This document shows positions 27,895 to 40,261 of a stretch of DNA of 64,000 nt, one piece after another. The stretch is from the NCBI GenBank assembly GCA_044222185.1, contig JBGANV010000002.1, forward strand, positions 320,001 to 384,000, in the 5' to 3' direction. Position 1 is the first letter of the stretch, and every line of letters begins with the position of its first letter. Below the pieces are notes generated by a model. The model made no database searches. It had not been told where the DNA came from and worked only from the letters and a program-made list of their open reading frames with translations. A program made the translations under genes and the position numbers. Origin of the DNA: Planctomycetota bacterium (lineage in GTDB: Bacteria > Planctomycetota > GCA-002687715 > CAIWVZ01).

Positions 27895-29204
27895 CAGATC
27901 CGCTCCCGCCGCTTGATGTCGAGATAGGTCGAGAGGAGCTGCGCCGAGAGCTCGCCCGGGGCGCACTCGAGGCACATGGCGCCCGCGCGTCGGAGCCGCG
28001 TGAAGACGACCTCGCGCTCGCGGAGGAAGTCGCCGGCGACGGCGGCCCTGTGAACGTCCTCCATTGCCTGGAACGGCGCCTGGACGAGGGCAGTGAGCGC
28101 CGGATCACGCATGGACACGAAGAGTACGAGATGCCGCGTGGCGAGGTGTCCCACGGTTTCGAGCATGAGGCGCGCAGCCACGTCATCCACGAAGTCGGTC
28201 AACAAGACGACGAGCGACCGCCGCCGGAGCCGCGTACCCAGGACCGAGATCGCCAGCGTGTAATTCGATTCGTCCGTCGAGTACGCGAGCTCGCTCGACC
28301 TCTGCCGCAGAAGCCCGAAGCTCTTCGCGCCAGAGACGGGCTCGACCCAGGACCCTGGACGCGCGCCGAACGAATACAGTCCGATGCGATCGCCGCTCCG
28401 CAGCCCGCCCCAGGCGAGGAGGAGTCCGGCGGTGATCGCGTGGTCGAGCCGAGGCACACCGTTCAGGGGCTCGGCCATGAGGTGCCCCGTGTCGATGGCG
28501 ATCACGACCTGCTGATCGCGCTCGGCACGGAACTCCTGGCTGAGGAGCTTGCGGTGACGCGCCGAGGCCTTCCAGCTTATGGCTCGGTGATCGAGGCCTG
28601 GCACGTAATCCCGGAGCGAGTCGAACTCCGATCCTTCCCCGACGAACCGCATGCGCTTCGGCCCGAACCAGGCTTCGCGATTGCGCGCCACCGTGATCGC
28701 CGCCGTGTGCACGGGTTTCAGGTTCGGAACCACGATGACCTCGTGCGCGGTGTTCACCAGTTTGCGGCGTTCGAAGAGGCCGAACGGGCCTTGCCAGCGC
28801 AGCCACACTCGCTCGATCCGGCCGACACCCCGACGGCGCGCCATCAGCGGAACGGAAGCAAGGGCACGCCCGTCCGCACCCGTCGTCACGACGACGCCCG
28901 CGATCGGAGCGAAGAGCTCGTTGACCTCGCAGAGCATGGCCAGCCGGAGCCGCGAGCGCGACCCGGCGATGATGGTGACGTGGCACGCTCCGGCGGAACC
29001 GATCTCCAACGACTTCGGCGCCTGCGACTCGACGATCACGCGAGCGGCCGGCACCGCGAGCGTCAGGTCGATGACCATGAGGGCGACGATCAGCGCGGTC
29101 ACGGCAACCGCGGCGAGCCACAGCCCCGGCGCCACGAGCGCGGGAAGCAACGCCACGGGCAGCGCGGCGAGGAGGAGAAGGACGGCTCGGATCGTCGGGA
29201 CCAT
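27894..29204 (-). CDS. DUF58 domain protein (vWA-like, MoxR partner)
   Basis: GSEFDSLRDYVPGLDHRAISWKASAR, IDTGHLM, RRSLVVLLTDF. Confidence 0.92.
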   Translation of the reverse strand: MVPTIRAVLLLLAALPVALLPALVAPGLWLAAVAVTALIVALMVIDLTLAVPAARVIVESQAPKSLEIGSAGACHVTIIAGSRSRLRLAMLCEVNELFAPIAGVVVTTGADGRALASVPLMARRRGVGRIERVWLRWQGPFGLFERRKLVNTAHEVIVVPNLKPVHTAAITVARNREAWFGPKRMRFVGEGSEFDSLRDYVPGLDHRAISWKASARHRKLLSQEFRAERDQQVVIAIDTGHLMAEPLNGVPRLDHAITAGLLLAWGGLRSGDRIGLYSFGARPGSWVEPVSGAKSFGLLRQRSSELAYSTDESNYTLAISVLGTRLRRRSLVVLLTDFVDDVAARLMLETVGHLATRHLVLFVSMRDPALTALVQAPFQAMEDVHRAAVAGDFLREREVVFTRLRRAGAMCLECAPGELSAQLLSTYLDIKRRERI

Positions 29205-29210
29205 GCTGTT

Positions 29211-30167
29211 TCAGCGTGGAGCGGGAACTTCCGCCAGCACCTGCCCGATCACCGCCTCCGGCGCGATGCCGTCGATCTCGGCACTGGGCGACATCAGGAT
29301 GCGGTGGCGCAACGCCGGCAGCGCCACGCGCTTCACGTCGTCAGGTACGACGAACTCGCGCCCGTCGAGGGCTGCCGCCGCGCGACTCGCCGTCGTCAAC
29401 ATGTTCGTCGATCGCGGCGACGCCCCGCAGAGCAGCGAGCTGTTCTGCCGCGTCGCTCGCACGATGTCGACGGCGTAGTCGATGATGGGATCGGCCAGCG
29501 TGATGTTCGCCAGAGCCGCGCGGGCCTCCGAGAGCGCCGGGCCGTCGGCCACGGGCGTCACGCCGAACGCGTGCGGATCCGCGAGCACCGTTCGGCTTCC
29601 GTGCAGGCGGACCATGGCGCGCTCCTCGTCCCGCGACGGATACCCAACCGGGATCTTGAACATGAAGCGGTCGAGCTGAGCTTCGGGGAGCGGATAGGTG
29701 CCCTCCTGTTCGATGGGGTTCTGCGTGGCGATGACGAGGAACCACGCGCCGAGCGGATGCGTCTTTCCGTCGATCGACACCGCCTGCTCCTGCATCGCCT
29801 GGAGGAGCGCCGCCTGCGTCTTCGGCGGCGTACGGTTGATCTCGTCTGCGAGGAGGAGGTCCGTGAAGATCGGCCCTTTCACCAAGGAGAAGGTGTTCGA
29901 CTGGAAGTTGAACAGGTTCGTGCCGAGGACGTCGCCCGGCATGAGGTCCGGGGTGAACTGGATTCGATTGAACGCCAGTGCGAGTGCCGATGCGAACGAA
30001 CGCGCGAGCAGCGTCTTCGCCGTTCCCGGCACGCCTTCCAGGAGGACGTGGCCGTTGCACAACAACGCCATCATGAAGAGATCGATGGCGTCGTCGTGAC
30101 CGACGATCACCTTGCGGACCTCCGCGCGCAGGCGTTCACCGAGGGCTTGGATCTCGACGGGGGTCAT
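29211..30167 (-). CDS. MoxR family AAA+ ATPase
   Basis: [65 protein letters not shown]; RBS AGGAG, ATG 30167. Confidence 0.96.
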   Translation of the reverse strand: MTPVEIQALGERLRAEVRKVIVGHDDAIDLFMMALLCNGHVLLEGVPGTAKTLLARSFASALALAFNRIQFTPDLMPGDVLGTNLFNFQSNTFSLVKGPIFTDLLLADEINRTPPKTQAALLQAMQEQAVSIDGKTHPLGAWFLVIATQNPIEQEGTYPLPEAQLDRFMFKIPVGYPSRDEERAMVRLHGSRTVLADPHAFGVTPVADGPALSEARAALANITLADPIIDYAVDIVRATRQNSSLLCGASPRSTNMLTTASRAAAALDGREFVVPDDVKRVALPALRHRILMSPSAEIDGIAPEAVIGQVLAEVPAPR

Positions 30168-31486
30168 AAGTCTCCTGATGAGGATTGGACCGCGCCGGCG
30201 TCGCGAGGCAGGGCGGGTGTTCGTGACGTGGTGATGCGGCCTTTGTGTGCAAGTCCCCGGGGATCGAACTCCCGGGCCCACTGCTGGAGGCGGCGTGCGA
30301 GTTCGAGGAAGGTGTCGGGCGACGCCTTGCGGTCACGGCGCGCGGCGCCGATCTCTCCCGTCAACTTCGCGAAGTCGTCGGTCGTACCACGGGCCATCCC
30401 CAGTCGGGCGAGCGCCGGAACCAGAGTCTTGCGGTCGCCACGCAGATCGGCCGGCACCTGGCGAGCCGCCTCGTGCGTCACCTGATCGAGGATCCGGCGC
30501 AGGGACTCACCGTGGTGGCCCGCATGCGCGAGCAGTGACGCGGTGTTCTCGATGAGGAATGCCTTGCCCACCTCGAAGGGCGGAGCGAGCGGCGCAGGCG
30601 ATCCGAATCGGCGAGCTCCGGCCCACAACGCGAGCACCGCCGCGAGGAGGAACTGCACCGTGGCGACCACCAGGGGAAACTCGAAGAGCGTTCGGAAGAA
30701 CGACGTGGGCCGCACGAAGCCATGGATCGTCTCGTCGATGACGATGGGAGACCACCGTGTGGACCGGACCCGGTCGATGATCTTCAACGCCAGCGCGGCG
30801 TTGTCCCCGGCGTGCAGGCCATGGTTCTCGAAGATGTCGGGATCGGAGACGACGACGAGATGGGTTCCATCCACCTCGGTCTCGCCCACGAGGATCTGGC
30901 CGGCATTCGAGAGGATCGGTTTCAACGCGCCGGACCGGAGGAGTTGCGGCTGGGTCAACGTCGGGCGGGGGAAATCACCGGTCCATGCGTCGACCATCAC
31001 CGGCGCCGGCACCACGGTGACGCCGCGAACGAACGGCACGAGCACGCCCTCGATCGCCCGGATCGGTATGGGCGTGACCTTCTCCACCTCGGTCTCGTTG
31101 GTGGGGCTCGGGAATCCCCGCCATTTCGGAAGCACGAGCAGGACCTCGCTCGCTTCCCGCACGATCGCTGCGAGAGCACTCGCGTGAGTCGCGCCACCCG
31201 AAGTCACGTTCGGCTCCAGGACCACGACGGCGCCGTCCTCGCCGGCGCGCTCCACCGATCTGGCACGGCTCGTGATCACCGGGAGTTTCATCTCGCGCAG
31301 CAGCTCGACGAACGCGTGATGCCCGATGGCGGAGCGGCTGTACCCATTGGCCGCGACGGCCTGTTCGGCGTTCTCCGACCTGGCCAGGGTCCCAGCGGCG
31401 AAAGCGCAAACGAGGGAGACCACTCCCGACGTCACGAGGATCCCGGTCATACGGCGGGAGAAGATCGGTGGGTCTGAGTCGGTCAC
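30164..31486 (-). CDS. DUF4350 domain membrane protein
   Basis: N-terminal [36 protein letters not shown] then RRFG; typical position upstream of MoxR. Confidence 0.82.
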   Translation of the reverse strand: MTDSDPPIFSRRMTGILVTSGVVSLVCAFAAGTLARSENAEQAVAANGYSRSAIGHHAFVELLREMKLPVITSRARSVERAGEDGAVVVLEPNVTSGGATHASALAAIVREASEVLLVLPKWRGFPSPTNETEVEKVTPIPIRAIEGVLVPFVRGVTVVPAPVMVDAWTGDFPRPTLTQPQLLRSGALKPILSNAGQILVGETEVDGTHLVVVSDPDIFENHGLHAGDNAALALKIIDRVRSTRWSPIVIDETIHGFVRPTSFFRTLFEFPLVVATVQFLLAAVLALWAGARRFGSPAPLAPPFEVGKAFLIENTASLLAHAGHHGESLRRILDQVTHEAARQVPADLRGDRKTLVPALARLGMARGTTDDFAKLTGEIGAARRDRKASPDTFLELARRLQQWAREFDPRGLAHKGRITTSRTPALPRDAGAVQSSSGDL

Positions 31487-32214
31487 GCGGCCGCCGCTCC
31501 GAGCCGCGTGAATGCGTCGCGGCAGAACTCGAAATCCCGGGATCCCAGTGGATCGCGAGCGAAGACCGCGCGCTCAGTCCCCTGAACGAGCACCCGCAAC
31601 GGCGCCCGCATCTCCTCGGGGAGCTTGGCGGTGCGCAACACCTCCCGACTGGTCGAGGCCGTGGGAAGCTCGGTGCCCGTCTTCCGCACGACGAGATCCA
31701 ACGCGCGTAGCAGCAAGGCATGTATCGCTTCACCGAAACGTCCCGCCCGTGCCAATGCTTCGGCGTCCGGCACGTCCGACCCGGTCGACGCAGTCTCCGG
31801 CGGTTCGACGGGCTCGATGCGCGCCACGTTCGGCGGCGGCTCCGAGTCCGCGGCCGGGCGCTTCCATCCCCTCGCTGCGAGGACGAGTGCGACGACGACG
31901 ATGACGACGAAGGCAACGGCGGCGATCGTCAGGAATGCGCTCGCCGCCGTTCCGATCCCGCGCAATCGGTTCCGTACCGGTTCACGGGGTTCATCCGACG
32001 GCGCCTCGATGGGCCCACGTCCTTCGCGAGGGGCACGGTCTCGGTCGGTCCTCCAATCGACCTTTCCCGATCCACCAGCCGGCGAACCGCCGGGCAACGG
32101 CAGGACCCGCTGGTACGAGTCGCGCTGATAGACACGCTCGAGGGCCGGAGGAACCTCTCCCTGCGGCGCCAGCGCCGCCCACGCGCACACGAAGACTCCC
32201 ACCGTCGTCAACAC
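31483..32214 (-). CDS. DUF4129 domain protein
   Basis: TM, then AEALARAGRFGEAIHALLLRAL...STSREVL...ERAVFA; first gene of the MoxR operon. Confidence 0.8.
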   Translation of the reverse strand: MLTTVGVFVCAWAALAPQGEVPPALERVYQRDSYQRVLPLPGGSPAGGSGKVDWRTDRDRAPREGRGPIEAPSDEPREPVRNRLRGIGTAASAFLTIAAVAFVVIVVVALVLAARGWKRPAADSEPPPNVARIEPVEPPETASTGSDVPDAEALARAGRFGEAIHALLLRALDLVVRKTGTELPTASTSREVLRTAKLPEEMRAPLRVLVQGTERAVFARDPLGSRDFEFCRDAFTRLGAAAA

Positions 32215-32321
32215 GGGGCGGCATTGTAACGGCGGGCCCGCCCCCGCGCCGACAGGGCTCGCGGAACGTGGTCCCCGCGATCGCTTGCGTCGCCCGATCG
32301 CCCGTGCTCACATGCCCGGTC

Positions 32322-34154
32322 ATGAGAAAGCCGCTGATCGGGATCACCGCGGATCTGGAGAACGACCGGTATCAGAGCCAGCGGGCGTACGCGAACGCCG
32401 TCCGGCTTGCTGGGGGCGTGCCCATGATCCTCCCTCACGAACCGGGGCTCGCGCCGGACTTCGTGGATCGGTGCGACGGGATCCTGATGACGGGCGGCGA
32501 CGACCCGGCCATGGAGCGCTTCGGCCTGCCGACGCACCCGAGTGCAAAGCCCATGCATCCGGACCGACAGGCGTCGGAGATCGCGATCCTCGATGCGCTC
32601 TCTGGACGTCCCGAACGTCCGTTCCTGGGGATCTGCCTCGGAATGCAGCTCATGTCGCTCCATGCTGGCGGTACGTTCGACCAGCATCTTGCGGATTCGC
32701 TCGCGACGGCCGAGTCGCACCGCGGCAACAAGCTGCACCGCGTGAGCGGGGAGATCGGCGAGGGCGACGTCGTCAGCTCCCACCGTCAGGCCGTGACGAC
32801 CCCGGGCCGGCTCTCGGTCGTCGCTCGATCGCCCGACGGAGTCATCGAGGCCGTGCGTGACGGCGACCGCCGCTTCTACGTCGGCGTGCAGTGGCATCCC
32901 GAACGTACGGGCGACACTCCGCTTGGATTCGGCATCATCCGCAAGCTCGTACAGGCCGCGGCGGCCGTGTGCATCCTCATCGCGACCGGAGCGAGCGTTC
33001 ACGCTCAGACGACCGCGGCCACCGACCACGCCACGCTCTGCGGCATCGACGTGCTCGTGCGCGACAAGTTCAAGGTGCTCGCGGGCAAGCGCGTCGGTCT
33101 GATCACGAACCACACGGGCATGACGCGCGATGGGCGCGCCACGGTCGACGTCCTCGCCGGTGCCGAGGGCTTCAAGCTCGTCGCGTTGTTCTCCCCAGAA
33201 CACGGCATCCGCGGCGACGTCGACGCGCATGTTCCCGACGGCAAGGATCAAAAGACCGGCCTGCCGATCTTCAGCCTCTACGGCAAGACTCGTGAGCCTC
33301 GGCCGGAAACGCTCGAGGGGATCGACACGCTCGTTTACGACATCCAAGACGTGGGGTGCCGCTTCTACACCTACATCTCGACGCTCGGGATCACGTTGGA
33401 AGCAGCCGCCAGGCGCGGCCTCGACTACGTGGTGCTCGATCGGCCCAACCCGATCAACGGCGACGACGTCGAGGGTCCGCTGCTCCAAGCGGGGCGCGAA
33501 TCGTTCGTCGGCTGGCACAGGATTCCCGTGCGGCACGGCATGACCGTGGGCGAGCTCGCCCGACTGTTCGACGCGGAGAAGAAGCTCTCGGCCAGGTTGA
33601 CGGTGATCAAGGTCGAGGGATGGACGCGTCACGACTTCTACGATGCGACCGGCCTGCGCTGGGTGAACCCGTCGCCGAACATGCGGAGCCTCACGGAAGC
33701 CATCCTCTACCCCGGCATCGGGCTGCTCGAAGTCACCAATCTTTCCGTCGGGCGGGGCACGGACACGCCGTTCGAGCGGATCGGTGCTCCGTGGCTCGAC
33801 GGGCAGCCGCTGGCCATCGCCCTGGAGCGCGCACGGATCCCGGGTGCGAGCTTCATCCCCATCGAATTCACCCCGACGGCAAGCGTCTTCAAGGGTGAAC
33901 GGTGCGGCGGCATCAACGTCGTCATCACCGATCGAAAGCAGTTCCGTCCGTTGCGGACCGTCTTCGAGATCGCAGTGGCGCTCCGCCGGCTTCATCCCGA
34001 GCAGTGGCACGCGAAGGACTTCGGCCGCATGCTTGCCAGCACACCCGTGCTCGAGGCTCTGCTCGGGAACAAGTCGGCCGAGGACCTCGAACGGCTTTGT
34101 TCCGCCGACGTCACGACGTTCCGCGAGCGTCGCAAGCCGGCTCTCCTGTACTGA
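32322..34154 (+). CDS. Fusion of a gamma-glutamyl-gamma-aminobutyrate hydrolase-like peptidase C26 and an exo-beta-N-acetylmuramidase NamZ (DUF1343)
   Basis: N-terminal part: KPLIGIT, GGDD, GICLGMQ, VQWHPE. C-terminal part: GLITNHTG, FSPEHG, DIQDVGCRFYTY, DRPNP, RHGMTVGELA, PSPNM. One uninterrupted frame. Confidence 0.88.
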   Translation: MRKPLIGITADLENDRYQSQRAYANAVRLAGGVPMILPHEPGLAPDFVDRCDGILMTGGDDPAMERFGLPTHPSAKPMHPDRQASEIAILDALSGRPERPFLGICLGMQLMSLHAGGTFDQHLADSLATAESHRGNKLHRVSGEIGEGDVVSSHRQAVTTPGRLSVVARSPDGVIEAVRDGDRRFYVGVQWHPERTGDTPLGFGIIRKLVQAAAAVCILIATGASVHAQTTAATDHATLCGIDVLVRDKFKVLAGKRVGLITNHTGMTRDGRATVDVLAGAEGFKLVALFSPEHGIRGDVDAHVPDGKDQKTGLPIFSLYGKTREPRPETLEGIDTLVYDIQDVGCRFYTYISTLGITLEAAARRGLDYVVLDRPNPINGDDVEGPLLQAGRESFVGWHRIPVRHGMTVGELARLFDAEKKLSARLTVIKVEGWTRHDFYDATGLRWVNPSPNMRSLTEAILYPGIGLLEVTNLSVGRGTDTPFERIGAPWLDGQPLAIALERARIPGASFIPIEFTPTASVFKGERCGGINVVITDRKQFRPLRTVFEIAVALRRLHPEQWHAKDFGRMLASTPVLEALLGNKSAEDLERLCSADVTTFRERRKPALLY

Positions 34155-34217
34155 ACGCAGCGCCGCAGACCACGAGACCGCGCGCCCACGTGACGCGGTC
34201 GCGGATGAACCAACGCC

Positions 34218-34655
34218 ATGACCGAATCGCTCTGCCTGTTCCTCTCGTTCATCGCCGGAATCGCCTCCGGGGTCCAGGGTCCCGCGAATGCGTCCGTCTC
34301 CCGTTCGTGGGACCTCACACGTTCGGTCCTGTTGAACGGGGCAATCGTCTTCGTCGTGGCGCTTTTGGGATTCCTCGTCCTGCGGAAACCGCCGGCCTCC
34401 GACCGGAATCCGCCCCTCGCCCACTGCATCGGCGGACTCTGCGGCGTGACCGTGATCGCCGTGGCCGCGTTCGCCACGCCTCGGATCGGTCCTGCGGTGT
34501 ATACGACCGTACTCCTCCTGGGGATGATGACGGCGTCCGTCGCCGTGGACCACTTCGGCTGGTTCGGGTTGCCGGAGGTCCGCGTGTCGTGGCCTCGAAT
34601 CGCCGGTCTCGCCCTGATCGCAGCCGGTGTGGCGCTCGTTCGCATGACGCGGTGA
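34218..34655 (+). CDS. DMT family transporter (YdcZ/DUF606-like)
   Basis: Q.PANA, GGLCG, PRIG, DHFGWFG, RIAGLALIAAGV. Confidence 0.88.
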   Translation: MTESLCLFLSFIAGIASGVQGPANASVSRSWDLTRSVLLNGAIVFVVALLGFLVLRKPPASDRNPPLAHCIGGLCGVTVIAVAAFATPRIGPAVYTTVLLLGMMTASVAVDHFGWFGLPEVRVSWPRIAGLALIAAGVALVRMTR

Positions 34656-34804
34656 GGATCGCCACGGCGCGTCGGGGTGTCGCACGGACCGTTCCCGCGG
34701 CCGGGAGCATCTTCAAGTCGTCGACCTGAGCGCCCGATAACAACGGGGCGAGCGTCCATAGGTGTGCACTTCAGGCGCCACCCAAGCTCCAAGGCACGGC
34801 TGCG

Positions 34805-37123
<2,319 letters not shown>

Positions 37124-37190
37124 CCCCTCATCTTCAGCAGCGGCACTCCGGCGGCTGTACAATCGGCGCCCCCTCGGAGACTGCTGCATC

Positions 37191-38897
37191 ATGTCGCCTT
37201 CGCACACTCGCATCGTCGTTGCGCTGATCGCTCTCGCGTCGACGCTCCCGGCCCAGCTCACGAGCAACGACAACGCGATCTGCGTCTGGCCGTGGCTCGC
37301 GGGCGTGAACATCAACTCGCAGATCGCTTCCACGATCTCCAACGCTCAGGCGAACGGGTTCGACACGATCTACCTGCACCTCTACCGCACGACGGGACCG
37401 TCGCAGGGCATCCTCTACATGGCGGACGAGACGGGCACGTGGAACGCGTCGAACGGCACGCTGTCGAATCTCGTGACCCTGTCGAGCTTCATTCAGCAGG
37501 CGCACGCCGTGAAGATCCAGGTCGTCGGCGTGATCGGCTGCTTCCTCGATACCGGACCGCTGCCCGGGGATGCAGCGCACGAACAGCTGCTGCGAAACGT
37601 CGTCGACTACCTCTTGCACTCCTATTCCGGGTTCGGTGATCCCGTCTACAAGCTCGACGGCATCGCGCTCGATCGGTTCCGTTTCTACAACGGCACGAAC
37701 AACCCGTCGGCACCGGTCACCAACTTCACGGCGTCCATGAAGGCCCTGCTGGGCCCGCTGCCGCTGCACGGCTTCCTGATCGGGAGCCCCTACTTCATCG
37801 ATGCGGGGACCTACGACGGGAACTTCCCCGGTTACGCGTGGTCGATGAATGCGTTGCGGGGGCAGTTCGGCCAGGACTGGCAAGCCCTCGCGCCCCACCT
37901 CGACGTGTTCGCCCCCATGGTCTACGTGGCGGATGGCGGTGTCTACGGCACCAACTACGCGCTGATGCAGGCCTACGCGGCCCAGGCGGCGTCGTATTGC
38001 GTGATCGCCTGTCAGAACGCGGGGGTCGTCCGGCGGATCCGGCCGGCGATCCAGACGTACGCCGATCCGGGCGGATCGGGTACCACGTCGCCCGCGTCGA
38101 TCGACGCGATCGTTCAGGGCTCGCTCCTTGGCGGCGCCCACGGGTACAACGCCTATCGCTACGAGACGGCCACGCCGTTCCCGTCCTGGTTCACCGCCAT
38201 GGCATCGCACAACACGCCGACGGCGAATCGCCCGCTTCCATCCGTCACGGCCACGGTGCAAGGCCTCACGGTCTCGCTGAACGCATCGGGTTGCAGTGAT
38301 GCCAACGAACCTGCGACGTCGCTCCAGGTCCGGTTCGACACCAACGCCGACGGCACCTTCGAGACGCCCTTCAGCACGACGAAGACGACCCAGTACCTGG
38401 CCTCGGGATTGGGCGCACACCGGGCCGGCGTCGAGGTGCGGGATTCCACGGGTCTGACGGGCGTGTACGTACGGCGCGTCTCCGTGCTGGGCTCGCCGCT
38501 TGCCGTGTCGCCCGGCACGCTCTCGGCATCCGGCGGCGGTACGTGCACGTTCACGATCGACGTGGGCCCGGCGGGGCCGGGTCTCTCCTACGTCATCGCG
38601 GGCTCGGCGACGGGCGTCTCGCCAGCAACCACGATCGCGCCCGGCGTCTCGGTCCCGCTCGTGCCGGACTCGTTCACCGACCTCCTCTTCAGCGCCTACG
38701 GCACGCCCTTCCTGCCGGGCTTCGTGGGCTTCTTGTCGCAGACTGGCACGGCCCAGGGCGCGTTGTCCGTCGGACCGGGAGTCATTCCCCCCTCCCTGGC
38801 GTTCTTCCCACTGCGATTCGCCGCGGTTGCGCTGTCGCCCACGACGTCCGTTCCGCTGGCGGCGACGAACGCGGTCACCCTCACGATCCTGCCATGA
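37191..38897 (+). CDS. Secreted glycoside-hydrolase-like TIM barrel (GHL10/DUF187-like) + PKD-like + C-terminal beta domain
   Basis: Signal peptide LPA-Q; GFDTIYLH, LDGIALDRFRF, DVFAPMVY, AIQTY; PKD-like VSLNASGCSD...FDTNADG. Confidence 0.72.
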   Translation: MSPSHTRIVVALIALASTLPAQLTSNDNAICVWPWLAGVNINSQIASTISNAQANGFDTIYLHLYRTTGPSQGILYMADETGTWNASNGTLSNLVTLSSFIQQAHAVKIQVVGVIGCFLDTGPLPGDAAHEQLLRNVVDYLLHSYSGFGDPVYKLDGIALDRFRFYNGTNNPSAPVTNFTASMKALLGPLPLHGFLIGSPYFIDAGTYDGNFPGYAWSMNALRGQFGQDWQALAPHLDVFAPMVYVADGGVYGTNYALMQAYAAQAASYCVIACQNAGVVRRIRPAIQTYADPGGSGTTSPASIDAIVQGSLLGGAHGYNAYRYETATPFPSWFTAMASHNTPTANRPLPSVTATVQGLTVSLNASGCSDANEPATSLQVRFDTNADGTFETPFSTTKTTQYLASGLGAHRAGVEVRDSTGLTGVYVRRVSVLGSPLAVSPGTLSASGGGTCTFTIDVGPAGPGLSYVIAGSATGVSPATTIAPGVSVPLVPDSFTDLLFSAYGTPFLPGFVGFLSQTGTAQGALSVGPGVIPPSLAFFPLRFAAVALSPTTSVPLAATNAVTLTILP

Positions 38898-38906
38898 AGG
38901 CTGGAT

Positions 38907-39608
38907 CTACGCGTCGAGCTGGATCGGAAGCGTACCCGTGATGTCGATGCCGCGCAGAGTCGACTTCGTCGCAAGCGCGATCGCTTCCACTCCGTTCTTC
39001 ACTGCCGCACGGAGTCCCTTCGCGTAGTCCGGGTCGATGGCCGACGCGGGAGCGAACGCCTCACAGTCGGGGCGGTTGACGAAGAAGATCATCACGCCGC
39101 GGTCGCCTTCGCGGACGACGCGCGTGAGCTCGCGGAGATGCTTCAGGCCGCGCTCGGTGACCGAGTCGGGGAACCGGACGAGGCGACCGTCGCGGAGCGT
39201 CGTGTTCTTGACCTCGACCCAGGCACGGCCCCGCCTCCCCTCGAGCAGCACGTCGATTCGCGACGCCTTGCCGTAGGGAACCTCGCGTCGAACGGAGTCG
39301 TAGCCCTCCAGGCCGGCGATGGCACCCGTCTTCAAGCCTTCGGCGACCACCTGGTTCGGGTGCGCGGTGTTGACGCCGATCCACGCGCGGCCCATGCGCG
39401 AGAGCTCCCAGGTGTAGGCGAGCTTGCGATGCGGCTCTGGATGATGGGAAAGCGCGACCTCGCATCCTGGCTCGAAGCACGTGGCCATCGATCCCGAGTT
39501 GGGAGTGTGGGCGACCACGACGGTCCCATCCTCCAACCGGACGTCGGCGAGGAACCGCTTGTAGCGGCGCACGAGCGTGCCCGTGACCAGGGGGGCCTGA
39601 AAACGCAT
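38907..39608 (-). CDS. sfsA: DNA/RNA nuclease SfsA (sugar fermentation stimulation protein)
   Basis: RRYKRFLADV, AHTPNSGSM, SRIDVLL, VEVKNTT, FPDSVTERGLKHLREL, IDPDY. Confidence 0.95.
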   Translation of the reverse strand: MRFQAPLVTGTLVRRYKRFLADVRLEDGTVVVAHTPNSGSMATCFEPGCEVALSHHPEPHRKLAYTWELSRMGRAWIGVNTAHPNQVVAEGLKTGAIAGLEGYDSVRREVPYGKASRIDVLLEGRRGRAWVEVKNTTLRDGRLVRFPDSVTERGLKHLRELTRVVREGDRGVMIFFVNRPDCEAFAPASAIDPDYAKGLRAAVKNGVEAIALATKSTLRGIDITGTLPIQLDA

Positions 39609-39621
39609 GACGTACGGTCGG

Positions 39622-40173
39622 TCAGATCTGCGGGATCGTGACGATCCGCTGGTAGGCCAGACTGGCCTCGAACGTGAACGTGTACGGAAGCAGCGTGCCG
39701 TTCGTCGCGGGCTGGAGGCGCAGGCGCGTGCCGGAGTCGTCGAGGATGACGACCTCGGTCACGGTGCCGAGCGGAACGGTGCGACGCATCGTCCGTTGGT
39801 CCTCGATCATCTTCCCGCTGTCGTCCTTGCGGCCGACGAGGTTGACGATCTCGTACTCCTGAACCGCCGTCGATCCGCTCAAGCCGACGACCGGCTCGCG
39901 GAACTTGACGCGCACGACGTACTGGCCGTCGTCGCTCTTCTGGATGTCGCCGTACGCCTGCGGCGGTGCGTTGAATGCCGCCAGGTCGGCGCGGCGGAAC
40001 ACGGGAATGGACCCGGCGTTCTTCACGAGCGACGGATCGACCTCCACCTGCGAGAGGACCCAGCTCGTCGTCTCGACGTGCTTCGCGGACGGGTTGGTGC
40101 AACCAGGGAATGCCTGGGCGAGAAGGGCGACGGCGACGCAACGGACCGCAAGCCGGAGCATGGGCGACATCAT
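39622..40173 (-). CDS. Hypothetical lipoprotein
   Basis: Signal peptide with lipobox-like FPG-C; plausible coding composition; co-directional with sfsA. Confidence 0.65.
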   Translation of the reverse strand: MMSPMLRLAVRCVAVALLAQAFPGCTNPSAKHVETTSWVLSQVEVDPSLVKNAGSIPVFRRADLAAFNAPPQAYGDIQKSDDGQYVVRVKFREPVVGLSGSTAVQEYEIVNLVGRKDDSGKMIEDQRTMRRTVPLGTVTEVVILDDSGTRLRLQPATNGTLLPYTFTFEASLAYQRIVTIPQI

Positions 40174-40261
40174 AGATCTCGGATTCTCTTCCGGAAGGAC
40201 GCCGCCTCCGACGGCGGCGTCCGGGAGAATAGTCCCGAAATCCGGGATGTCCCCGCGGTCG

